A stretch of 64,000 nt of DNA from Hypanus sabinus (GCF_030144855.1 NC_082730.1:15314001-15378000); one strand, 5' to 3'; counted from the first letter of the stretch, positions 34,575-48,560 are shown. The notes: generated from the sequence alone by a model not told the origin. Numbers and translations are program-made.

Positions 34575-36375
34575 TGGAGGCATGCATAATGATTTTGCAA
34601 GTATGGTTCTAGAGGACTGGAAAATTATAAATGTCGTTGTTGTCTTTAAGAAGGGAGAGAGACAAAAGGCAGGAACTTACAGGCCAATTAGCCTGATTGC
34701 AGTGGTTGGTAAGATGTCAGAGTCTATAATTAATAATGAGGTTTCAAAGAACTTGGCGGCAAATGATAAAATAGGTCTAAGTCAGCATGATTTCCTTAAG
34801 GAGAATTCTACCCTACCAAATCTATTGGAATTCTTTAAGGAATTAACAGGCTGGATAGAGAAAGGAGACTTTGTCTATCAATGGAACTAGTTTACTTGGA
34901 TTTTCAGAAGGCCTTTGACAAACTGCTGCATTAGTCAAAGTCAAAGTAACTTTATTATAAAATACATTCATGTCACAATATACTACTGTGAGATTCATGA
35001 TGTTTCTAGGGTGACAATGCACTTAACGGTGTGCAGGGCATACCTGTGATGGACTAGGCTGTGTTCACTACATTTTGTAGGTTTTCCATTCAAGAGCATT
35101 AGTGTTTTCATACCATGCCGTAATGCAACCAGTAAGAATACTCTCCACTGTGCATCTATAGAACTTTTTCAAAGTTCCGGATGTCAATTTGATCTTTGAA
35201 AACTTTTAAATAAATAATGCCCTGCTGTACTTTCTTTGTGATGACAGTTATAAGCTAGACCCAGGACAGTTGCTCTAAAATGATAATGCCAAGGATTTAA
35301 AGTTACTGACCTTTTCACCCTCTGATCCCCTGCTGCGTACTGGCTCATGGACCTCTGGATGCCTCATACTGCAGTCAATAATCAGCTCTTTGGTTTTGCT
35401 GAATCTCAGTGAGAGATAGCTGTTGTGATGCAATTCAGCCCAATTTTGAATCTCACTCCTAAACGCTGACGGAGTACACCCAAGTGCTGAAGGAACTCAG
35501 AAGATCAGGCAGAATCTACAGAAATGAATAAGCAATTGATGTTTTGGGCCACATCCCTTCATTGAACTCAGTTTCAGGTCACAGACCCCTCCTCAGATTT
35601 GGATAAAAAGTGGAAGGCTGTCAGATTTGAAAGTTGATCTCGGCAGAAGAATGACGTGTGAGATAAAAGACGATACAGTTCAGTCCCAGGTTATAAACTC
35701 CTGATTTATGGACACTTCTTCATCTGATGAGGCCCCGGTAATGTTACTTAATTCAAATGTCCGAAGTATGTACATATGTTCACAAATGACACAAGGATTG
35801 TCCGTGTGTGGGATTGTAGAGAAGGTTATTGTCAGTTACAAGACGACATAGAAATGTTGAAGTGCTGGGGTGTGAAATGGCAACTGGAGTTTAGCCTAAA
35901 AAATGTGAAGCGATACACTTTGGCTGATCAAACTTGAATGCAGATTGTAAGAAGTTAATGCAGAATTCTTAACAATGTGGAGGTCCAGAGTGATATTCAG
36001 TTCCAAGTTTGTAAATTCCCCAAAGTTGCTGTACAATTTGAAAGGGTGTTAAAATGGTATAGGATGTGCTGGGCTTCAGTAGGTTAAGGGACTGAATTTA
36101 AGAACCACGAGGTTACAGCTCGATAAAACTCTGGTTCAATCATTGTATTATGGAGTATAGAGCATAACTTGAGTGGACAGCCAGCACCTCTTTCTCATGG
36201 TGACAATGACCAATACCAGAGGACATCCATTTTAGGTGAGCGGAAGAAAGTTTCAGGGAGATGTAAGAGGCAAGTATTTTTTTACACGGAGTGTTGGGTC
36301 CCTGGACTACACCGCAGACATGGTGGTAGAGCCTGATACAACAGGGACATTTAGAGACTCTTTGACACATACAGT
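34575..36375 (+). mobile_element. Scattered old CR1 fragments (34575-34930 and 35720-36375) in gene 2 intron 1
   Basis: TYRPISLIAVVGK and QHDFLKE motifs; degenerate 3' ORF2 text. Confidence 0.6.
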
Positions 36376-37027
36376 ACAACTACAGAGCCTACAAAAAGTT
36401 TTCTCCTCCTTCACATGCAGTCTGACCAATACCTCATAAAGCTGTAGTGTCTGTATGATTTCTCAACAACAGAAGAGCAGAAAACATTTTACAATCCCAC
36501 CGTTGTATTTGCAGGTATGCACAGGATTGGGATCAGGTTTAAACACAATGGTTCAGTGGACTTTTGACTTTTCTTCATCAAATTGTTATTATTCAGTGAC
36601 CTAGTTGCTGAAACATAATGCTTTGCTGAAGATGCTTTGTATCTCTGCACTTGTTCTCATCAGCATATTGAACCATGTTTGTTGAGAAGTTTTCCAAGAA
36701 GTGATGGTGCAATGCAGGAAGAGACAAGAGAACTAGTCCAATGTGTAGCATTTGTTGTTACTTCTCTATATTCTGTTTGGTAAGACAAATGTAAAAAAAC
36801 AGAAGTTCTGACCACATTCTTCACTGAGGGTGAACATTACACAGATGACAGCAGTGACTGATGCAACAGAGTCAGCACTCATACTATACAAAGTACAGAA
36901 TTTAAGCAGATATACATTCACAGCTAATATACTGCACTGTTTTCCCCTAAAACAAATGTAACAAACCCAAAATTACAAAAGCTCTCCATCTATACTGAAT
37001 AATTTTATCATTTATCTCTTTATACGC

Positions 37028-37222
37028 TGTGGTAAACTATGTATACCTGTCTGGAAACGCCCCTCTGCTGACAGCTCCTGTGGCTCCTCCCACAGACCCC
37101 TGTATAAAGGCGATTGGCACACTGCTCCTCCCTTAGTCTTCAACATGGTAGTGCTCCCTTTTCGCTGTTAGTAAAAGCCTATTGTTCACTTCCAGTCTCC
37201 TAGAGTTATTGATGGTGTATCA
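37028..37222 (+). mobile_element. Short solo LTR (195 bp)
   Basis: TG...CA termini, perfect 5-bp TSD tacgc (37023-37027, 37223-37227), TATAAA at 37103-37108. Confidence 0.8.
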
Positions 37223-39092
37223 TACGCAATGTGAAATTAACTGTTTATAAACAATTGTAAAGTCAGCAACAAAAATTCAGGAAAACATAAATCAGCCACA
37301 TTCATGTATCACCACAACCCTTGCACTAAAATGAAATCAAAAGCAACACGTACAAAATACTAGAGGAACTCAACAGATCAGGCAGAATCTATGGAAATGA
37401 ACAGATAGTTTACACTTTGGATTGAGGCCATTCTTCTCTTCTTTCTTGTCTTTTACTTCCCCTGGGTCCCCTTTTCATTCCATTTCTCCTTTGGTTCACT
37501 CTACCCTACTATCAGATTCCTTTTTTTACAGCCTTTAACACCATTCCCATCCACCTGGTTTCACCGATCACCTTCCAGATAGCCTTCCTCCTCTCCCCCT
37601 TCTTTTTATTCAGACAGCTTCCAACTTCCTTCTTAGACCTGAATAAGAGCATCGGCCGAAAATGTTGACGATCTATTCATTTCCACAGATGCTGCCTGAC
37701 CTGTTGAGTCCCCTCCTGCATTTTCTGTGTGTTGGTTTGGATTTCTAGTGTCTGCAGATTTTCCAGTGTTTGCAATGAAGTTGAAGATAAACAATTAACT
37801 TTGTTCAGTTAAAATTCAAGATGGCACCAAGAATCTGTGTATAGCTCCAATGGTAATCATCGAATATTCCCATTTAGAACTGCCATGCTTAATTTCACGA
37901 CATACAGTACGTTGGTGATTTTTAAAATTGATTCTCATTCTGATTCCATATTACTTCTCCAACATGTGTGACGTGTGAGAATTGTTATCCCTTGTACTGA
38001 TAATCTCCTCAGACTTCATCTGCCCCAGGGAATTGCACAGCATGAATCTGGATAGATTACTCTTCGACTGACATGGAACGATCTAACCTGGTGAACAGGG
38101 ATACTGTGATGCTAGAGACACAGAATCTGAGCAAAGGTATGTAGGGTTAGGGGAAAGGGAGACCATGGAGCTGAGCTAGGTAAGATAGAAGTGTCTTCTC
38201 CTTGGACATGTGTGACCTGCCCATTTACTGTGCCCTATGATTCTATGAGAAATAGAAAACTACAGGGGTCATCTACTTAACACAGACAATTTCCTGTCAA
38301 AATGGAGTTGATTTGGTTTAAGAACAGATCTGACAAGGATTTTTCTCCATTGTGACTGTGTAATTCCATTCACTTGGTTTCCCCTCACATTTAACTGTAG
38401 CAAAGTGAAATTCCATCAGGGCTCTTGAAATTGCATCAACAGATGGAACAGAATTCAGAAGAGGTGAGTTTTAACGTTTCCTTCAAAGAGCAGACACTGC
38501 TTTCAGAGGTGGGTGAGAGATGGAAGCAGATAAGGAGAAAAGAGGAACAGTGTGGAACCAGGTGTGGGGAGAATATGTCCACGTGGAGAAATCCCCTGAG
38601 CAGGAACATCAGTTCTACCATTGCTGGAATCTGATTTCACTTTGCAGGGATCAGTGTGACAACCAATGTTATTGTCTTGAAATCAGTATCTTTCCTGGGC
38701 CATTCCAGTGGGGCAATTAGTAAAGAACATTACCAGGTCTGAAAGTCAAAGATAAACGAGGGTGGGTGGGGAAAATAGATTTCTGTACCTAAAGACCTTT
38801 CTGATCCAGATGGGGTTTTGACAGTCTGATAGTTGATCTTCATCATTATTGATATGTGGTTCGTCATTATTGTTATTGATACATCTTTTATAATTCCAGA
38901 TATAATAAATTGGATTTAAATGCTCAATGTATCCCAACAGTTATTGAAATCACACATGGATTTCCAGCACTAAAGTACTAATGACCACTGTTGCACCACC
39001 TTCTAACTACACATAAAAATACTTGATAGGCACAATATTTAAAATTTGCTTCAGATCCAAAGAGCACAGTTTCAGACATCATGAGGGGTTTC

Positions 39093-39254
39093 NNNNNNNN
39101 NNNNNNNNNNNNNNNNNNNNNNNNNNNNNNNNNNNNNNNNNNNNNNNNNNNNNNNNNNNNNNNNNNNNNNNNNNNNNNNNNNNNNNNNNNNNNNNNNNNN
39201 NNNNNNNNNNNNNNNNNNNNNNNNNNNNNNNNNNNNNNNNNNNNNNNNNNNNNN
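39093..39254. other. Run of 162 N (gap or masking)
   Basis: N bases seen directly. Confidence 0.99.
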
Positions 39255-39629
39255 TGTGGACATTCTGAAGTAACTGAAAGTTCAACACTTTCAAAACTTT
39301 CAGGGCCTCAGAAGCCACGTATGGTATTGAATTCCATGGATTCAGCACACGCTGTCTGCACTGCCACTCTCCCTCAGTACTGCACTGGAATATCAATCCT
39401 CGGTTTTTGCTCAGGACTCTGGAGTGGGAAGTGTACTGAGACAGGGGAGAGATCACTGACACGACTGACAGAGTAACCGCACTGAAAGCACCTCAAGCCA
39501 AAATCTTTGGCTGCGGTGTGATTGTCCACTTGCTGAGCATGACCTGCACCTGTTTTCACCATCATGTTCAAAAACATGTGTTGCATTAAGTTGTTACTTT
39601 CTCCTCAAATCTGTAAATGCTTCCCTCAG

Positions 39630-39950
39630 TTTCAGGTGCATTGTGGGCAGAGAAATCTGTAAGAGGAGTTGTGGGAAGAGCGATCACAATCGATTGTCAC
39701 TATGAAGAAAAGTACCGTTGGCACACAAAGTATTGGTGCCATGGATGGACTACACTGTGTTCAGTTTTAGTGGAAACAAAAAGGCAACATGGACAGAGTG
39801 GATGAGTGTCAATCACAGATAACCCGGAATGGGGAATATTTACTGTTACTATGGAGGATCTTCACTCTGGAGATACAGGATGGTACGGCTGTGGAATTTC
39901 AATACCAGGTGTCGATACAAGATTTAATTTAGAACTAAAAGTATCTGATG
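39630..39950 (+). pseudogene. Gene 2 N-terminal V exon ('AEKSVRG' type) with a premature stop
   Basis: Splice sites are intact and KYWCHGWTTLC and DTGWYGC motifs are present. In-frame TGA at 39803-39805. Confidence 0.9.
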
Positions 39951-40168
39951 GTAGGTTTCTCAGTGATTGATTTCTGCCTTTCATAAAATAAGTGTCTCAT
40001 GATCTTTGTCCAGACCCTGTCCATCCCTCACTATCTCTGCATTAATATCAGTGCCAAATGTTTCCCTCTAAACAGCAGGTCACTGACCCCGGTCACTATT
40101 TCATTCTCTCCTGAAAGCCACTAATCATGTGAGAAATATCTGAAAAGTTGCTGCCTTTAAACAATTAG

Positions 40169-40680
40169 TGGCTGCTTTATTAGGCATCTCCTGTACATAA
40201 TAGAGTGGCCATGGAGTGTATGTTCATGGTCTTTTGCTTCTGTGTCCCATCCACTTCGAGGTTTGACGTGCTGCACCTTCAGATACTCTTCAGCACACCA
40301 CTGTCGTAACGCCTGGTTCTGAATTACTGTCAGCTTGAACCAGTCCGGACATTCTCCTCTCACATCTCTCATTAACAAGGCATTTTGTTCACAGAATTAC
40401 TGCTCTCTGGATGTTATTTCATGTTGTTAGCTCGATTCTCTGTAAACTCTAGAGACAGGTGTGTGTGAAAATCCCAGGAGATGAATAGAACCTGAGATAT
40501 TCAAACTACCCTGTCTGGTCCCAACAATGATTTCATGGTCAAAGTTACTTAGATCACATTTCTTTCTCATTCTGATACATTGACTAAACATTGACTAAAC
40601 CTCTTGAATACTTCTGAATGCTTTTATGGGCTGAGTTGCTGCCACATGATTGATTGATTAGATATTTGCATTAATGAACT
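40169..40680. mobile_element. Tc1-like non-autonomous DNA transposon, one end deleted
   Basis: Starts gtggctgctttattagg and ends gatatttgcattaatga, fused into the C2 exon remnant. Confidence 0.7.
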
Positions 40681-40832
40681 TACTCTACATTGCCAATCCT
40701 TCATCCACCAGCACCATCAATATTATTGCGGAGCCTAGAATTGGTTTGGAGCAAGATCCAGTGCAATGGTTAATGTGACTGTCTTCAACAACAGAGAGAT
40801 CTGCAGTTATGTGACAGAAATCAATGGCACCA
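40673..40832 (+). pseudogene. Gene 2 C2a exon, 3' half only
   Basis: Aligns with 9425-9583 and keeps the A|gtaagt donor. The acceptor and 5' half are deleted. Confidence 0.85.
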
Positions 40833-43786
40833 GTAAGTTCTCCTTTCAAGGGAGGATACATTTAAAGATTTCTTTATGTTACTCTGTTACTGCAGCTCTT
40901 ATACTGTTGGTGCGGGTAAGGAATATCTTTGCATTTGTAGAAGCTAAACATTGCAGTCTCCATGGGGTAGAAATAAAGTGCAGAGAACAGTTAAGTCTGT
41001 CACTTCCTCCAGGAAGATGTGGAACATCTCAAACACAGTTGGACTTATGCATCCAGACTGATTGAGAACATTCCATTAATAGTTTACTTTGAAAAGCCTA
41101 AAGTAGGTGTTCAGTTGTGAGACAGTGTCATTCTCATGAAAGCAAAAGGAAGGTTTTATAATATTGCAAATATTATTGGGAATGACAGAGATTTGGCAAT
41201 GTCAGGGGTCAGAAATGAGTGTGGTTGCTATTACTAAGCAGAAGGTGCTTAGGAAGCTGTGAGATCTGAAGGTAGATCAATCACTTGGACAAGACAGACT
41301 ACAGCCCAAAGTCCTGAAGATGTTATATAAAGAAATTGTGGAGGCATTAGTGGTGATCTTTTAAGAATAATTAGATTCTGGAATGTTCAAAGGACTGGAA
41401 AATTGGAAATATCAACACCACTCTTTAAGAAAGGATGCAGGCAAAAGGAAGGAATTTGACAACCTGTAAACGTGACTTTAGTGGTTGGGAAGATGTGGGA
41501 GTCTATTATTAAGAACAGGATTTTGGGGTACTTGGAGGTATATGATCAAACATGGTTTCCTATTGGGGAAATCATGCTTGAAATATCAGCCTCAGAATGC
41601 AAGGACGTCCCTTTATTTTATTTATTTCCTAATAGAGTACAGAGTAGGTCCTTCCATCCCTTTGTGCCACAACACCAAAGGATCTCTCGTCAAACCCAAT
41701 TAAATGTAACCTAATCACAGGGCAATCTGCAAAGGCCAATTCTCCTAATGAGTCTGTCTTTGGACTGTGGGAGGAAACAGGACCACCCAGGGAGACCACA
41801 TACCTTCCACATGGAGGATGTACAGACTCCGTACATTAGAACAGAGATGAGGAGGATTTTCTGTGGCCAGCAGGTATTGAATCTGTGGAATTCAATACGA
41901 TGCATGGCTTTTGAGGCCAAATCATTGGGTATAATTAAAGTGTAGCTTAATAGTTTATAGTTTAGGAAAGGCATCAAAGATTATGGGGAGAAATCAGGAG
42001 AATAGAATTCAGTGGGATAATAAATCAGCCTTGATGGAATAGTGAAGCAGACTGTATGGGCCAGATGGCCTAATTCTCCTCCTGTGTCTTATGGTCTCAT
42101 TGTCTTTAGTCATCTCTAGTTTGTGACTATCTGAGCAGCCCAGGTATATTACTAACTGCTGAAACTGAGTTTCTGGTTGTTGAATAAAAAACCTCACTCA
42201 CTTTGAGACATGAGCAGCGAATCCATTACTTCTATTTAACTTTACGTACGATATGAACAAAGCTGCTGTATTTCATGATTAAAACAAGGAAAATAAACCA
42301 TGGGTTCAATTATTATTTTTGTTTTATGGTTGCCTGGAAGGAGGTAAATCTCAAGGTTGTATACGGCTCCAGGCTCTCTAAGAATTTCTCCTCACTCCTT
42401 AAGCCAAGGGTCTCTAGTTTTCTACTCCCCTACCCTGGAATAAAGACTGATTATCCAACATAACTTGCCAGTAAAACAAAGTACACAATAGAATCCATGT
42501 AAAACCACACACAACAAAGACTGACAAAAAACCAATATGCAAAACATGACAAATAGTGCAAATAATAAAAATATGTAAACAAATAATACTTAGAACATGA
42601 GAGGCAGAGTCCCTGAAAGTGAGTTCACAGCTGCAGAGTCAGTTCAGAGCTCTGGTGAGTGAAACTAATCCAGGAGCCTGATTACTGCTGGACAACAACT
42701 GTTGATGAGCCCTGTGGTGTGGGACCCAAGACTCCTGCACCCTCCACCTGATGGTAGTACCGAGAAGAGAGGGAGACGGGTCAAATGCAAGCAGACAGGA
42801 CAGGCTCAGGTGGGGGGAACTTGCTGGCACTGAGTATTGGGCTCTTTTTCAAGATCCTCTTGTAAACGTATTTCCTCTGTCCATTGCACTACTTGTCACC
42901 CATAACTTATGAATCATGCCACATACAATAAAATTACAAATAATTAATACTGATAACAAATAAGAGTGGTTAACAAATAACAGCACTGATCCCATTGGCA
43001 CACCACTGGTGATAAAGTCTGACTTTGTCAGAAAACCAACACTCCACCACCACAATCTGACTCCTTCCACCAAGCCTATTCAGTATCCATCCAGCGAGCT
43101 TACCATGAGATCTCACATTCCAGATCAGTCTACTGTACAAGGTATGTTCATCAGCCTTGCTAAACTCAACTGCTAAACTCTAAGGTCCTGTCCTCATCAG
43201 TTCCTTTGATCATCTCTCAAAGAGAACTCAGTCAAATATTATTGACAGAGGACTTCCCATGCATAAAATCACATTCACTATCCAAAATCAGATCTTTCCT
43301 TTGCAAATACAGGTAGATCCTGCCTCACACAATCACCTCCAGTAATTTATCCACCGCTGACCTTATGCTCACCTGTCTGGAATGAGACTAGATCAGTAAT
43401 CTATTGACTCAGAAATGTGGAAACACACTGAGACATTCATGGGCAGTGACATTAGTGGCTCCAATCAAATAAAAATCTGTACTTGTGAAGAACTGTGAGC
43501 ACGTGATGAGGGACGATGCTGTTGTCTTCTCAGTCCATGTGGAATTCAATTATAGCAATAAAGAGTCTGGCAGATTCCTTAGAACACAGTGACAGCTTTA
43601 AATAAAATATCTTTTTTTTATTATTATGATTGCATGTCTTATCTTTTGTGTCAGATCCAATGTGATAATAATTTTGTTCTCCTTTACACCTTTGTACAGG
43701 AAATTACATGAACTGATATAGAATCTTGAATCTCCATGTGTTGATTTGATTTTTCCTGTGCATTTTCTGAGAAACTTCTCCCTCAG

Positions 43787-44106
43787 TTTCAGGTGCTTTA
43801 TGGGCAGAAGATAAAGTAAGAGGAGTTGTGGGAAGAGCGGTCACAATCGGTTGTCACTATGCACCGATGTACCGTTCACACACAAAGTATGTGGGATCAT
43901 CAGTGCACATCAGTGCACATCGTTAGTGAATACAAATGACCAAAATGAACAGTATGGAAGAATGACAATCAGAGATAACACAGCCCAGAGAATATTTACT
44001 GTTACTATGGAGAAGCTTGTCTCTAATGATAAAGGAGTTGACAGATGTGGAATTACAACATCTGGCAGTCATCCAGTTTTTGATGTGCATCTCCAAGTAT
44101 CTGATG
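43787..44106 (+). pseudogene. Gene 2 V exon ('AEDKVRG' type) with frameshift and dead donor
   Basis: An ~11-nt deletion after AAGTAT and a 10-nt duplication (cagtgcacat) give a net frameshift. The donor is changed to G|ataggt. Confidence 0.88.
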
Positions 44107-47100
44107 ATAGGTTTGACTTGATGTCTTCACTGAAATGTCTGATTCATGTTTTCTCTGGGAACAGTCAGTGCAGCAGGAATATCCTGAAGCTCCACAACAG
44201 TAAGAGCCTTGCGGTGAGTTGACAAGGATAAAGAATCCCCTCTCATGTCCCCTCTCTTGTTATTATTTGAGATAAGGTAATGTTGTCGGCAAATTTAATT
44301 AGCAGATTGGAGCTGTGGGTCCAATAGTCAGAAGTCATCCCAATAAATCTGTTCTGAACTTCCTCCAATCAGTATATCCATCCTTAATCTGGATGAATAA
44401 AATTACGCAGACTACTCCAGGCACACTCTCAACAACACTGCCTGCAATGCAACAGGAATTCATTCTATCAAAACTCCAAACCTCTTGCAATAAAGGACTC
44501 TACATCATTTGCTTTTCTTACAAACAGTCATGCAAAAACTTTTTTTCCACTTGTTTCTCTCATTTGCAGTTTTTTTTAACATACTGTAGATAAGTCTTTT
44601 TTAGGTTACTAATATTGAGGTTCATAACCTCATACTGTCCCAATGGCCCTGTCTTGGCTCCACATTCATCTATCGAGACACATTTGGAGAGCCCTGATAT
44701 CATCATCAACCCACACTTTTTTATGTCATTGGCAATATAATGGTTACTTGAAACCAACGAAAAACTTAGAGAGTGAGGGACTCGACGCTATGTGGTGCAT
44801 TTCCAAATAACTGTGTTCCAAGTTGAAGAAAGTATTTTGATTCTTTATTTTGAAAACAGTAAAACAAATTATCTTGTACAGTGATATTCAAAATTAGCGT
44901 AACCAAATCAGGGAAATTATGAAGTGGTGGTAAAAAAAAATATATATTATCACCAGTTCACTCCCCCTCAACTAAACTGAACTAACTAACTAACTAGGTC
45001 AAAGCCTGAATACCTGTCTGTCCCTACCAAACCACAACCCTCAGGATGTATTACCAGAACCCATAAGAACCACACAAAATACAATGGTGTCAGACAGAAA
45101 ACCGATTCATGGTTCCTGTAGTCGAATTTGGACATCTGACAATTTGCTTTCTCTTCAAGTTATTTAAGTAAATCTTGAGGACAAAGAAGGAAACATTCAA
45201 ATGTGGAAACTTCAAGCAGTTCACAATATACATTTTCTGAGCATGAATAAGATCCACTTATTTTGACTCTTTTTATTGATTCAATAGCTTGTTTTTAATC
45301 CATGCTAACATACCTCTCCAAATATCATGAAATCTAATAAATGCCTCAAAGATAATTTAACCTTCCCGAAACCATTTTGACTTCATTTGATTAGATTAAG
45401 CTACTTTAAATCACTAAATATTAATTCCTTCATTGCAGACTCCAGCATGTTGCCAAGAACACATGTTAAGCTGGTGGGAATCTGACACTTACTTTTTGTC
45501 TTTCTGCCTTGGAGTCATGGAGTTTTACAGCACTGAGGAAGGCCCTTTGGCCCAACTTGCCGATCAAATTGTCTACTTGAGCTATTCCTGTTGCTCTACA
45601 TTTCACGTGCATGACCAGAAATCTTTCCAATCAATTCATCCATCCAAATGTTTTTAAATGTTGTGCTCTATTGCTTCTGGTAGTTTGGTCCATACATCAC
45701 CCTCTGTGAAAAAGTTGTCATTCAGATTCTTTTAAAATCTATTCCCTTCTACTTTAAAACTGTGTGCTCTTGTTCCAGACTCCCGTGTATTGGGAAAAAT
45801 GACTTTGATCTGGTAGTAGTCAGCCATCGATCCCAGGGCATCATGAGTTTGCCCCTCTGGTGGACTGTGTCCTCTCAAGCCTGGGTGGCAAGATTTGGCT
45901 GTTGTCTATGCAGCGAGTTCCCCCTCTCCATGTCACTGATGTAGTCAAAGGGAAGTGCAGGCACCGATACGGCTTGGCACCAGTGTCATCGCAGAGGTTG
46001 CCTGAGTGAAGTTGTAAACAACATCAAAGTGTCTTAGTAATACCAGCTCCAGAATTTTTCCTCATAGTTTACTCCCGAAACCTTTCCCATGGGCGGGTGT
46101 GGCCTCAAGGCAGCAGAGGTTTAAAATCAGTTTTCCTTCTCCTAAGCAGACTGCCGACCAAGGCTGACGAGCCCCACCTGCCAAAAGTAACTGGTTTTGA
46201 GGCACCAGTGGTCTGCCTGTGTCCCTTCTCTTGTCAATAGAAACAGTTCCACTTGCCTAGTAGCTAAGCCACACTTGAAGGCCAAGAGTTGGTCTTTGTT
46301 ATCAGAGGCTGTTAGAGACATACACCATTTGGAGCACTTTATACTTAATGAGACTTTATCGCCACTTCCACCTCCATCTATGACAAGCTTAGCATGACCA
46401 CTTTAATAAGTCTCTGTAAGGTCATCCCTCTGCCTTGAACACTCAAAGGACAAAGGCCCTGGCCTATCTGGTCCCTCTTTCTACATCAAAACTTTCCAGT
46501 CTCTGTAACATCCTTGTGAATTGTTTCTGCATCTTTTCTAACTTAATTACAGCCTGTGCACACCAGGTCCCAGAACTACACATTCTATTCCAAGTGCTGT
46601 CACACCAGGCTCCTGTAAACAGTAAAATAACATCATAACTCCTGAAGTGATTGCCTTCATGAATGACTGTTCACCACCCAGTCTCTGTGTCTTCACTTCC
46701 AGGGAATTATGCATTTGTACTACCAGGTCCCTGTGTTGTACAACATTTTCACAGAGGAACCAGTCATTCTCATGCAAAACTGGATTAGTGATAGGAATCA
46801 GAAAGTCGTGCTGGAGGGTTGTTTTTCATCCTGGAGGCCTGTGAGCAGTGGTGTGCTGCCGTAATCACTGCTGGGGCCACTGTTGCTTGTTATCTATATT
46901 AGCAATTTGGGTAAAAAGGTAACAGACAGTTTAGTAAGTTAGTAGGTGAAATGAAAATTATGAGGAAACTTATCTAATAATACAACAGCATTTTTCAACA
47001 GGAAAAGTAGGAGGTGAAATGGATCAGGAATTTAACCTAGACAATAGTGAAGCATTAATTTTCAGAAGTTAAGCTAGGACAGGGTTACACAGTAAATGGC

Positions 47101-48073
47101 AGGGACTGTGGTGTGTTGTAAAAACAATCAGACCTAAGTGTCAAAAGTACAAAGCTCTTCAAAAGCGGTGACAGAATTAAACATGGTGGTGAAAAAGCCG
47201 TTTGGCATACTTCCGTTTATTGTTTAGAGGATAGAGAAAGATAGTTAGCACATTATGTTACAGCTGTACAAGTTATTGGTGGGACTACAATTGGAGAACT
47301 GTGTGCAGATCTGGTCTCCAAGCTGTAGGGAGGATGCCCTTGAACTGGAAAGATTACAAAAAAGTGCTGTCAGGATTCGAAGTTTTGAGTTAGTAGGAGA
47401 GGCTTGATATGCTGAGTTTTTTTTCCATGGAGGGTAGGATGTTGAGGGATGAGTTTATTGAGGTATATAAATCCATGAGGGGAATTGATAATGTGAGTGT
47501 TCACAGTATTATTTTCTATAGTGGTTTGGTCTAAAGGTAGAGGAAGAGAGTGGAAGGATATAACAAGCGCCTTGGGGCATGTTTTTCACACAGAGGGTAG
47601 TGGGTATATGGAATGAGCTGATATAGGAAGTGGTAGAAGTGGGTACAGTAAAAATGAATAAAAGATTTCTATACCAGCACATGTATTGAAAACGGATATG
47701 GAGAAAATGCAAGTGGGTGGGGCGAGCTCAGGCTGGTCAGTGTGTCTGAATTGAGCTAAAGGGCCTGTTCCCATACTGTATAACTCTCTGATGCTCAATG
47801 ACATTTGTCTGACCAATATTAGAACAGGAGCAGAAGAGATTCTGCGGATGCAGGACAACAAGAGCAACATATACAAAATGATGGAGGAATAAGCAGGTCA
47901 GGCAGGATCTATGGAACAAAATCAACAGTTGATGTTTCAGGCTGAGACCCTCATCAGAAATGTCGACAGTTTATTCATTTCCGTAGATACTGCCAGACCT
48001 GATGAGTGTGAGTTGCTTCAGATCCAAAGGGCACAGTTTCAGACATGATGAGGGGTCTGTTTCTGATGTTTAT

Positions 48074-48231
48074 NNNNNNNNNNNNNNNNNNNNNNNNNNN
48101 NNNNNNNNNNNNNNNNNNNNNNNNNNNNNNNNNNNNNNNNNNNNNNNNNNNNNNNNNNNNNNNNNNNNNNNNNNNNNNNNNNNNNNNNNNNNNNNNNNNN
48201 NNNNNNNNNNNNNNNNNNNNNNNNNNNNNNN
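48074..48231. other. Run of 158 N (gap or masking)
   Basis: N bases seen directly. Confidence 0.99.
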
Positions 48232-48355
48232 TGTGGACATTTCAAAGGCGGCATAAGGTGAAGTAACTGAAAGTTCAACTCTGCTGTTCTCCCTCAGTAC
48301 TGCAGTGGAAGGTCAGCCCTGATTATGCAGTTGTCCAGTGCTATATTTCACTGAC

Positions 48356-48395
48356 CAGGTAGGAAACCAATCAGAAGAAACAAAGTCCAAACCAT
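48356..48395 (-). pseudogene. Intact-looking leader exon, antisense inside gene 2
   Basis: The - strand reads ATG GTT TGG ACT TTG TTT CTT CTG ATT GGT TTC CTA CCT G|gtcagt (MVWTLFLLIGFLP). No - strand Ig exon was found downstream. Confidence 0.82.
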
Positions 48396-48560
48396 TTTAA
48401 TTACAGAGATCCCACCAAGACCTATCTGTCCTCAGAGAGAAGTAACAGAAATAAGAATAAGGAAGAAGGCAGCAGGATGTTTGATGAAAAAAAACAACAG
48501 TACCACAATTGTTCTGTGGTACGTGACAATCTGTAAACAAAAGTTACAACTAAATACAAG
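48396..48560 (-). promoter_or_regulatory. Inverted promoter homologue
   Basis: Aligns with 7373-7520. The ETS core reads acatcctg (48473-48480); tgtggt at ~48515. Confidence 0.5.

Noticed and set aside
36473-36514. 42-nt phase 1-1 candidate exon (EQKTFYNPTVVFA) as a tyrosine-bearing tail for TM1
   Set aside because: It lies downstream of the gene 1 poly(A) signal, inside gene 2 intron 1, and has no paralogous support.
39023-39476. ORFs spanning the N runs (also 48002-48278)
   Set aside because: These are artefacts of translating N as X.
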